Shown here piece after piece: positions 53,975 to 64,000 of a stretch of DNA of 64,000 bases (positions within the stretch are counted from its first letter, which is position 1; the number at the start of each line of letters is the position of its first letter). The DNA is taken from assembly GCF_009914755.1 (NCBI RefSeq), contig NC_060937.1; one strand, written 5' to 3'. This DNA is from the human T2T-CHM13v2.0 reference genome, Homo sapiens. Under the pieces are notes generated by a model, which was given only the letters and a program-made list of their open reading frames with translations, was not told where the DNA came from and did no database searches. Position numbers and translations under genes: made by a program.

Positions 53975-54362
53975 ATATAATGGTCAAGAGTGAGCATTCT
54001 GGGGCCTGGAATGCCTAGGTCCAAGTAGTTGCTCCAAAAATTACACTTTGAACAACCTTGAACACATTTTTAATACTGTACAGTTTTTTGTGTATATGTG
54101 TGCATATATAAATTTAATTTAGTAATTGAATGAATGAATATAATATAATGAATATGGGCAAAACAAATGTAATTAATTTAATGATATATTAATATATGTC
54201 ATTAGTCATTAGTTGATATGAATTAAATATAACAATGATGAATATAATAACAATATCTAATTCATGACTATTATACAACTTAGATAAGTAATTGTTTGTT
54301 AATCCTCAGTATAGTGTTGATCACACAGTAACTGTTCAGTAAATATTTGCTGTAATTTTTAA
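53975..54362 (+). mobile_element. MIR with internal AT-rich expansion
   Basis: Head ATAATGGTCAAGAGTGAGCATTCTGGGGCC..TGCCTAGGTCC and tail CACACAGTAACTGTTCAGTAAATATTTGCTG. Confidence 0.6.
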
Positions 54363-54846
54363 TTACTGTTGCTATCCTGGCTTAATTCCTAAATTTATTT
54401 TCGGACTAGCTAACAAACAAACTATTGAAAATTATTGTTTCACATTTTTTAATGAATGCCATTTTTAATGCCATTTTTAATGAATTTGATGACTACAAAA
54501 ATATACTAGGCATTTAAATAGTCAAATTAGTTACTTTTGATAAGCTTTTGTTTTCTAAATATGTAATAACATTTCATAGTGAAAGTCTATCATATACAAG
54601 ATGACTTGTATAAAATATTACTTTTATAAGTTAAAATCCAAAAAATGAATATATCAATATCATTTTACACTGACTGCACTTCAGAGTCAAAAGGAGAGCT
54701 TAAAAAAGGACTGATGACCAGGCCCTGTCACCATATAGTCTGATTCAGTTGGTCTGAGGACAAATTTGGCATATGTATTTTTTTACCCTCCTTAAATATT
54801 ACCACCATATAGCCAAGGTAAAATAATCCACAAGCATATAATTATT

Positions 54847-55260
54847 TCATAGAATTTCAGCCCTGAAAGTGTCTTTAAAAATTGTATCCTCTAAATTTCT
54901 CAATAACACAGACTCAGCATATATTTGAATATCTCTAACGATAGAAAAATTACTGCTCAAGCAGCCCATTCTCTGTAAGCTGGAATAAAAAATCCTTATT
55001 TTGAGCAAAAATTAAGGCATATATTCCATGTTGACCAATAAAAATATTTTTGCTTTTTCATATGTTGATATTTCATGTATATAAAACAATGAACAATGTT
55101 CATTGTTCCACTGTGCCTAACCACATTTTCCTCACAAGGCTAAACTTCCCAAACTCTTCCTAGTAACACTTAGTTGCACTTAGTCCACATCACCCTTTTC
55201 CTTTATCAGTGTGTCACTCAAAACTCAGCACGGAGTAAGGTGTGATTCTCATTGTATGTA
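54847..55260 (-). mobile_element. Probable L3/CR1 remnant
   Basis: TCATAGAATTTCAG..CTGAAAG.GTCTTTA and TTGAATATCTCT..TTACTGCTCAAGCAGCCCATTC resemble the reverse L3 3' end. Confidence 0.45.
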
Positions 55261-55363
55261 TTATCTGTCTACTAAAGCAGTGGAAAGGTATATTAATTTT
55301 AAGGTACTCATAACCCCATTTTATAATTTTTACATACATCCTGCTACTAAATAAAATGTTGAC

Positions 55364-55768
55364 TATATTAGTTAGGGATTGCTGCGTGCCAAATTACTCC
55401 TAAAACTAAGCAGCTAGAAACATTTGTTTTAAAAACATTTTTATGTAATGACAAAAATATTGACTATATCTCACAATTTCTGAAGATCAGGATCCTCCAA
55501 GTGACTTCAGTTTTTGTCATGTGGGCCTTCCTACAGGGCTGCCTCATGACATGGCAGCTGGCTTCCTCCAGAGTAAGTGATGCAAGAAAAAACCAGCACC
55601 CAAAACTGGACTTCCTATTTTTAAAAAGCTTAATAACAGAAGTGGCTTACCATCACTGCTGTCATCTTATAGTGATTAGAGGAAAGTCATTAAGACTAAG
55701 ACACTCACGAGGAGGGGAATTAAGCTTTACTACTTAAATAGGTGAGTATCAAAGAATTTGTGCTTATA
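55364..55768 (-). mobile_element. Old MLT1 (F/G-like) MaLR LTR remnant
   Basis: TATTAGTTAGGGATTGCTG, TCTCACAATTTCTG, CATGACATGGCAGCTGGCTTCC, TTTTAAAACTATTACCACA. Confidence 0.65.
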
Positions 55769-56113
55769 ATTTTAAAACTATTACCACAATGATGTTGAAT
55801 TGGTACAACTTATTTTTATGTACACAACTAAAACACTCTATTTTTCCTTTGCAAGTATTTTTACAAGGCTATTGAGACGTTTATTTGATTCATATCCTTA
55901 ACCTATTTTATTTCCTTCATAACACATTACTTGCACATTTTATAATTATACTTTGTATATTATTATCCAAGCTACAAATAAAACTCTTGAGATATACCTA
56001 AACATGACCCGGTGACACGGTACTAATCAAGGTCTGTAAGTTGATGATAATGCATGGTGCAACATTTATCACTATCATTTATAAACTTACCCCACATAAC
56101 TTCATTATCTTAA

Positions 56114-56403
<290 letters not shown>

Positions 56404-57236
56404 CATCATCTTCATTTTTAAAAAGACAGCATGTGGCACTTAAAATATTGCTCATATTTACAAATAATACGTTCACCGGGTTGTCTTTTAGCTTTGGCTC
56501 AAAGATATCATAAAACATTTCTACTAAACCAATTATTGCTTTTTGTTATAAAACATCTGTGGCAATCAATTCAGAAATGCACCTTCATGCCTGATCACTT
56601 TCAACTTTCTAGCATCTCTCCCATGTTCCATGATTTCTCAAGACACCCCCAGGATGTTTGGTGGATTACTTGATAATTCTCTGTATAACGAAACATAATA
56701 TCTGGCAGAGAATAAGTCTATTTAAAGCCAATGAGTCCACTTTTTAAAATATTGTGTGTTTGCGTGCAATGGCAGTTTCTACAGGTTTTCTCTTAACTTT
56801 CTTCTCCCTTTTATAAGATGTTTGTTTGTTTTTAATTATCACCAAGTGATGAATTATCACATGAAAGCCAAACTAGCAAGGGACTTGAAATAAGTAAAAA
56901 TGATGTTTTTCCACTATAACTGTATATCATCAAATCACCAAATCAGATAGCAAGTCTTATCAGATAGGTAATGAGGATAATTTTTTTTCTGGAAAAATAT
57001 TATAAAGCGTGACTTTTAGCTTTTAGAAGTTAAGTCTTTCTAGGTATCTAAGGGTAACTAGTCAATATATAAACCATTCTATTTTGAAATACCTAGAATG
57101 GTCAACTTCTTTTAAGAGTCAGGTTCCAATTTCCCAAAGTAAAGCATAAGGTCCAGATACCAAGAGAAAACTTTATTCAATGATTTTCCAAATATGTTTA
57201 TATTGCATTACATTAATATCTCCTCATTGTCGAGAT

Positions 57237-57271
57237 TGTGTGTGTGTGTGTGCGTGTGTGTGTGTGTGTGT
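57237..57271. repeat. (TG)n dinucleotide microsatellite
   Basis: About 17 units with one CG interruption. Confidence 0.97.
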
Positions 57272-58542
57272 ATAACAGATGACATCATTCACATGTTGGT
57301 ATGAAGGTTCTTTTGATGTTTCTCTCCAACAGTTCATCTCAGAATATTATTTTTATTTTTATAGATTCTTGGTATACTAATGTATGTAGCACTAGAAAAT
57401 TACAATTTGCTATCCCTCTCTATGATAAAGTATTCTTGCTACCCTGGTACTAGAGTACAGCTTTAAGTCATCCTCAGCAATATCTAACATCAGTGCAAAA
57501 AAAAAATTAAAAACAGAAAAACCAACCAGACAAATAAAATACGATCAAATGAATCTATAAGAGAAAAAACAGCAATAAAGACACGAATTTAATTTTTAGC
57601 TTCAATCTTTCCCCATAAAACACTATAAAATATTCTAAGATAGAAAAGAATTCATATTATACAGCTGAGGCAAATTTGAGACACTTGATGCATATACTAA
57701 ATTTTCTTTGATCAATTTTAAGTGCCTCAATTTTTAGTCCCTTTAATTAGAAGTTAGCCAATATCCAGTAGCAAAAATTGAAAACACTGTTTCCTGATCT
57801 AAAGAGTTCCTTTTTTACTGTTCATGTTTGCTCCAAATATATTTTTCTCATACTGATCGTCTGTAATTCAAACAAGTTCTAATGGAGGAATTGCTCTTCT
57901 TAGACCAGGCACCACTGTTGGAAAAACTCAAGCTAGCAAACCTGCTGAATAGGCAATTACTTATTAAAATGTCCCAGCAAATAGTTTTCATAAAAAGAAT
58001 CTTAATGGATGTCATAAGAGAGGCTAATGATAACACAAGACTGACAATTCCAGTGTACATATATTATCTGGGAAGAAATATTTATTTTTTGTAATATCCA
58101 TTGGGAATTATATTCACATTAGAAGTCTCCAAAACAAACAAACACACACACAAACAACAGGAAGAATGGGGTTTAACCTGTCAGTAAAATTTTCCTGAGA
58201 ATAAATAAACTGTGAGTTGTCTTTTATATAATAGTATGCGGGAAGTCCAGAATCTGGGAAGTAAATTTATTTAGTGCTTCTTATATTTAAGAATTCAAAT
58301 TTGAATACAGAATTGTAAGGAAAGGATTATTACATTCCTTCAAGAAACTCCCAGTGCTGGATGAACTGTCCCTCTGAAGTGGTTTCATATAGCATCTTGT
58401 AATTATTTACACCTATTATCACTATAATATGATTTTCTCTCTTCTCATTGCAGGTTCTTGAGTGCAGAAAAGGTTCAGTACTATATCCCCAGTACTAATG
58501 ACCATATTTGACAAATAAGAGGCATCATTGAAAATATTTGTT

Positions 58543-58858
58543 GGCTGGGCACGGTGGCTCACACCTGTAATCTCAGCACTTTGGGAGGTTGAGGAGGGTG
58601 GATCACTCTTGGTCAGGAGTTTGAGATCAGCCTGGCCAACATAGTGAAACTCCGTCTCTACTTAAAAAAAAAATACAAAACTTAGCTGGGCATGGTGGTG
58701 TGTGGCTGTAATCCTAGATACTGAGGAGACTGAGACCTAGAAATCATTTGAACCCAGGAGGCGGAGGTTGCAGTGAGCCGAGATGGAACCACTTCACTCC
58801 AGCCTGAGTGACAGAGTGAGGCTCTATCACAAAACAAAACAAACAAAAAACAAAAAGA
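58543..58858 (+). mobile_element. Alu SINE (AluS), inserted in a probable L2 3' tail
   Basis: Alu dimer. Imperfect TSD GAAAATATTT / GAAGATATTT. Confidence 0.95.
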
Positions 58859-59248
58859 GAAGATATTTATCAAATAAATGAGTGATGAGAATCATCTTTA
58901 CCACAAACAACCAAATACATCAACATTACTTATTTAGTGTACTAGGGGTAGATTATTGAATCTTTTATTTTTAATAAATGTATTTTCAATTTATTTCCAA
59001 CAGCTAGCTTAGAGGTGATTTTCATGAAGATGTCGAAAGCATAAAAGATGTGACAAGCAGATAAAACTGAAGTTGATATTTTGAGAATTTGTAGACAAAA
59101 GAGATTAAATGAAAATGAAAAATCAGAGGACAAGCATTACATAAAGAAGCTAATGAATCTCTTAAATTTTACATGAACAGTTAGTAAAATTTTGTTATTA
59201 GTAATCATGTTCCTTTGGCACTATGTTATTTATGAACTCTAAGGATAC

Positions 59249-59695
59249 TGTTACCAAAACATCAGGGGTTTGGTCTAGGTCCTGCTGCTCCCAATGACTG
59301 AGACCATGAATACTGCCAAGGAAGAAAGCTTTAATCAGGTGCTGCAGTGCAGCCCAGGAGATGGGAGCTCAGTTTCAAATCCATTTCCCTGAGCACTAAA
59401 GCTAGGGGTTTATATAGCAGGGAAGAAATTTCACAGTGTGTAAGAAAACTGAAACTAGGGAGGGGCAAGGAACAATCATGATGAATGAGGGGTCTGGCAT
59501 CTCCTTGTCTGCATGCCATGATCTGGTGAATTTCAGTTATTTGATACTTTGAGAGGTCTGAAGGTCATCTCCTGAGGTAGAAACTCAGATAAAACAAATA
59601 CAAGTTTCAAGCTTTAAGACTAGGAGGATCAATTTCTATGTTTATTTAAAAAAAAAAAAAAAACTTCTACCAATGGGACTATTGGGTTGCTTTCA
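59249..59695 (-). mobile_element. LTR26-like solo LTR (ERV1)
   Basis: TGTTACC...TTTCA termini with perfect 4-bp TSD ATAC (59245-59248, 59696-59699). Reverse reads TAAACATAGAAATTGATCC..GTCTTAAAGCTTGAAACTT. Confidence 0.8.
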
Positions 59696-59965
59696 ATACT
59701 ACATATCCAGATCATGTCCTGAAAAAAAAAACTACTCCATGGATAATCTACAGAGCAAAAAGTCAGGCAAATAAATATTTGGGTGAGTGCTTTAGACCAG
59801 AGGTCCTCAACCCCCAGTCCACGGACCTGCCAAGCTGGACAGCAAGAGGTGAGGGGCAGGCAAGTGAGCGAAGTTTCATCTGTATTTACAGCTGCTCTCC
59901 ATTGCTCACATTATCACCTGAGCTCCACTTCCTATCACATCATCAGTGACATTAGATTCTCATAG

Positions 59966-61254
59966 TGTGTCCGGAATTGGTGGGTTCTTGGTCTCACTGA
60001 CTTCAAGAATGAAGCCGCGGACCCTCACAGTGAGTGTTAACAGCTCTTAAGGTGGCGTGTCTGGAGTTTGTTCCTTCTGATGCTCGCTCCTTCTGATGTT
60101 TGAATGTGTTCAGAGTTTCTTCCTTCTGGTGGGTTCGTGGTCTCACTGGCTCAGGAGTGAAGCTGCAGACCTTTGTGGTGAGTGTTACAGCTCATAAAGG
60201 CAGTGTGGACCCAAAGAGTGAGCAGCAGCAAGATTTATTGCAAAGAGCAAAAGAACAAACCAGCCACAGTGTGGAAGGGGACCCGAGCAGGTTGCCATGG
60301 CTGGCTGGGGCATCCTGCTTTTATTCTCTTATCTGGCCCCACCCACATCCTGCTGATTGGTCCATTTTACAGAGAGCTGATTGGTCTGTTTTAACAGGGA
60401 GCTGATTGATGTGTTTACAACCCCTTAGCTAGACACAAAAGTTCTCCAAGTCCCCACGGAGCACTGATTGGTGCATTTACAAACCTTGAGCTAGACACAG
60501 GGTTCTGATCGGTGTGTTTACAAACCTTGAGCTAGACACACAGTGCTGACTGGTGTATTTACAATGCCTTAGCTAGACATAAAGGTTCTCCAAGTCCCCA
60601 CTAGACTCAGGAGCCCAGCTGGCTTCACCTAGTGGATCCCCCACTGGGGCTGCAGCTGGAGCTGCCCGCCAGTCCCTTGCTGGGCGCCAGCACTCCTCAG
60701 CCCTTGGGCGGTCGATGGGACCGGGCTCCGTGGAGCAGGGGGCAGCGCTCATCATGGAGGCTCCCGCTGCGCAGGAGCCCATGGCAGGGGTGGGGCGGCT
60801 CAGGCATGGCGGGCTGCAGGTCCGGAGCCCTGCCCCGCGGGGAGGCAGCTGAAGCCTGGCGAGAATTCCAGTGCAGCGCCAGTGGGCCAGCATTGCTGGG
60901 GGACCCGGTGCACCCTCTGCAGCTGCTGGCTTGGGTGCTAAGCCCCTCACTGCCTGGGGCCGGCGGTGCCAGCGGCCGTTCCCAGTGCGGGACCCGCCGA
61001 GCCCACGCCCACCGGCAACTCGCGCCGGCCCGCAAGCGCCGCGCGCAGTTCCGGTTCCCGCCGGTGCCTCTCCCTCCACACCTCCCGGCAAACTGAGGGA
61101 GCCGGCTCCGGCCTGTGCCAGCCCAGAGACGGGCTCCCACAGTGCAGCGGGGGGCTGGAGGGCCCCTCAAACACGGCCAGAGTGGGTGCCAAGGCCGAGG
61201 AGGCGCCGAGAGCGAGCCAGGGCTACGAGGCTGCCAGCACGCTGTCACCTCTCA
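59966..61254 (-). mobile_element. LTR12C-like solo LTR (ERV9)
   Basis: Reverse reads TGAGAGGTGACAGCGTGCTGGCAG ... CCAAGAACCCACCAATTCCGGACACA. Near-TSD ATAG/GTAG. GC/CpG-rich U3 and ~40-bp CCAAT repeats. Confidence 0.96.
60290..60560 (-). promoter_or_regulatory. LTR12 core promoter: CCAAT repeats, GATA site, AATAAAA TATA-like box
   Basis: On + strand: ATTGG at 60356, 60380 and 60467; CTTATCT at 60328-60334; TTTTATT at 60319-60325. Activity is not shown by sequence. Confidence 0.6.
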
Positions 61255-61796
61255 GTAGGAGCACAAACCCTATTGTGAACTACGAGTGTGAAGAGTCTAG
61301 GTTATCTGCTCCTTATGAGACTCGAATGCCTGATGATCTGTCATTGTCTCTCATCACGCCCAGATGGGACCATCTGGTTGAAGGAAAACAAGCTCAGGGC
61401 TTCCACTGATACTACATTATGGTGAGTTTTATAATTATTTAATTATATATTACAATGTAATAATAAAGAAATAAAGTGCACAGTAAATGTAATGTGCTTG
61501 AATCATCCAGAAACCATCCCCCACTGCCCCCGGTTCTGTGGATAAATTGTCTTACATGAAACTGGTCCCTGGTGCGAGGTTGGGGACTGCTGCTTTAGAC
61601 CAACCATCCTCATAGAAACTTCTTCACTGTGACCCAGCAAACATATTTTTTGGCTAGACAGGCAGACCTAAGGCATTGTTTTTCTAAAGAATATGGAGAT
61701 GCCACCTCTTCCTTAAATATAGAAAAAGTCCCTATTCCTTCTTATTACCTAGCCCTATCACAGTATAAAAAGAAAATTATGTGGTAGAATCTAAGG

Positions 61797-62005
61797 CAAT
61801 GGGCTTCAGCTGGGGGTAATTTTGCCCCCTGGAAGGACATTTGGCAACACCTGGAGACATTTTTGATTGTCACAACTGGGATGATGCAGGTAGCTGCCAA
61901 AAAAAGTTGATATTAAATATTTTACAATGCATAGAATAATCCCCTACATTCAACAACCAAGTATCTGGTCCAAAATGCTAATAGTGCTAAGGTTGAGAAA
62001 TCTTG
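61797..62005 (+). mobile_element. MER20 hAT DNA transposon
   Basis: GGGGGTAATTTTGCCCCC..GGACATTTGGCAA..CTGGAGACATTTTTGATTGTCACAACTGGG ... AAGGTTGAGAAA. Confidence 0.9.
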
Positions 62006-63059
62006 TTTAAAGGTAAATGTCAGAATTCGCTAATTATGTAAATTATATAGTTTTTAGTATTATTAATAAAACAGCTATTATTATTAATCTATACCTATAA
62101 ACGATAATATAAATAATATTTTCTCATCCTCTGCCTAGAGCATGTAGCTGCTTACCTTATCTAAGTGGTTTGAATCAAACTAGTTAAGTCAACTGTACTA
62201 CGAAGACACGCTTCAAAGGTGGTGTCACTACACCTACAGCTGCATACTTGTTAAATTGTCATCCTACCAATGCCTTCTTTTGAAAATAAAACAAAAATCT
62301 GTTTTTGGCTTTAGTTCCCCGCCAACAATATAATCTTGATTAAACCAGCAGGTTTTTTTTTTCTCTTCAAAATAAGACTGAATGTTTCTATGCAGTTGGG
62401 AGTGATTCACCTTAGGAATTAGTCATCAAAAAATACATATTATAAGCTCTCTAAGGTTAAAGAGTAGTGTTAAATATATAGCAGCTTGCAGTACCACCCA
62501 CCTTGTTGTTAGTAAAGATAGAAAGACGTTTAAAAAGCATGAGGCGGTAAACACCACCTGCTTTTAAAGTGCAAGGATCCTGACATTTGCACTTCTGTTT
62601 GTATTTAAAGTCTGATATTCACATTGAATTATGTTGGTATTTGAAAACACAGTGACTTTTTATATAGTGTATCAACTGCAAAACGTAAAGAAATCAGATA
62701 TTTTCTCTATATTTTCATACACCTAGTAAATACCTGCAAGATTAAATACCAAAATAGTAAATCTAGTTTTCTCTGAATGACAGAATTATGGCTGATTTTT
62801 TTAAACATTACATTTTCAAATAATAGATTTAGTGTAATATAAATTTGTGTGATAAAATTTAATAAAATAATTAGGAACCATCTTTTAAAAAGCATGATGC
62901 ATCCAGTAAACTCAAAGCATTAAGATGATGAATTATGAAATCAAAGTTGATTAGAATATATACTTTTCATGTGCTTATTTTACTTGAAAAATATAATGAC
63001 TATTTATTCCGGTCTTCCTCTATACTCCATACTGCCCTACAACTCCCGCCCACACACGT

Positions 63060-63400
63060 TTTTAGTGTTGCACAGCTGCATTCCACGTATAACAATTTAT
63101 GTAGCTAGTCTTGTATTGTTAGACATTTTGGTTGTTTCAAAAATTTTTCCTCACATATAAAGCTTCAAAGACCATCCTACTACATGTATCTTTGTATGTT
63201 TGCCGGATCATTTCTTTAGGATAAATTCCTGAGAGGTAGTTTTGAAAGTCTGTTGGTACACAGTGCCAAATAACCCTCCTGAAATGTTTACTATTTCTGA
63301 GATTTAAATCCCATTGTCTATTCTATGATAGGACCTCCTGTTCCTCATCATTACAAAGATACATATAATTTTTTATGTTTTGACTGGGATATCATCATGT
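63060..63400 (-). mobile_element. Probable ancient L1ME remnant
   Basis: GACATTTTGGTTGTTTC, CATTTCTTTAGGATAAATTCCT, GTGCCAAAT resemble reverse L1ME. Confidence 0.5.
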
Positions 63401-64000
63401 TATTCTTACATATATGGATAAAACCTCCAGCTTTACATCATCTCAATATATTTTATTCAAATGAAGAATAGAATTATGTGTTTACCTCCAAGTATAGTTT
63501 GTAAATTCAATGAGGATAGCGGCTGTGGCTTTCAATGACATAGCCTTGACAAATACACCATTCTCCAGGTTCCTCTGGTTTTCTTGAAATACCCTTCTTT
63601 TATTCCACCTCTCTTGCTTTTGTATAGGATTTTAAATGACAGTCAGGATGGTAGAACATTACTCATGGATTCAAATGAATAGATGCACTCTGCATGAAAT
63701 AAAATGTCTAAGGATTCAGTTATATTTTCTAATGAGGATGATTAATAAATAATAAAAGCAAAAAGACATTATGCTTTGATATTTTTAAATGTGCCTTTTA
63801 TTTGTGAAAGATGAAATAAAACTGGCAGTTATCTGAAAAAATAAGCCATAAAAAGTAAAATAAAATTTACAAAAAAAGACAAGAAAAACTAAAAATAGCT
63901 ACACATTTCTAATAATAAATGTAAATATACTACTACATTCTAAAAGACAGATTTTTTAAAACAAATGTAACTTTTCATTTTTTGCATTTCTAAACATGGA

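Larger units (their letters stand above)
59798..61592 (+). mobile_element. MER1A hAT-Charlie DNA transposon, split by LTR12
   Basis: TIRs CAGAGGTCCTCAACC / GGTTGGGGACTGCTG. Perfect 8-bp TSD CTTTAGAC at 59790-59797 and 61593-61600. Confidence 0.93.

Noticed and set aside
54441-54487. Short CATTTTTAATG triple repeat (and TGTCATGTACATA twice near 24896-24924)
   Set aside because: Typical small slippage duplications in AT-rich DNA with no further structure.
60340-60600. ~40-bp repeated units resembling a repeat-spacer array
   Set aside because: These are the known LTR12 CCAAT tandem subrepeats; there are no unique spacers or cas genes and the DNA is primate.
60573-61409. Several overlapping 135-183 aa ORFs in GC-rich sequence
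   Set aside because: They lie in LTR12C U3 and adjacent MER1A; high GC content suppresses stop codons and no protein family is recognisable.

Overview
This is AT-rich, CpG-depleted primate (most likely human or great ape) nuclear DNA. It reads as a gene desert or the interior of a very long intron. I found no supportable protein-coding exon, RNA gene or CRISPR-like array. Nearly all listed ORFs fall in repeats (Alu, L1 ORF2 remnants, THE1 internal, LTR12, purine microsatellites) or are short chance ORFs. A large part of the window is interspersed repeats: 14 Alus, L1/L2/L3/MIR remnants, DNA transposons (MER1A, MER45A, MER5, MER20, Tigger3b) and many LTR elements (a complete THE1 with a 5-bp TSD, a truncated THE1, and LTR12C-, MER57-, MER31-, LTR26-, LTR47-, MLT1- and MLT2-like LTRs), several nested with readable target-site duplications. 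The best leads are non-coding and all are hypotheses: a CpG-rich LTR12C promoter pointing left; a MER57 solo LTR followed by a perfect splice donor; several AG|GT recursive-splice or micro-exon motifs; an Alu whose middle linker has become a ~365-nt purine microsatellite; a 59-bp tandem duplication with a POU-like palindrome; and a SOX-site palindrome. I do not see evidence for a new multi-gene system. Repeat subfamily names come from my recollection of consensus sequences and need Dfam/RepeatMasker confirmation.
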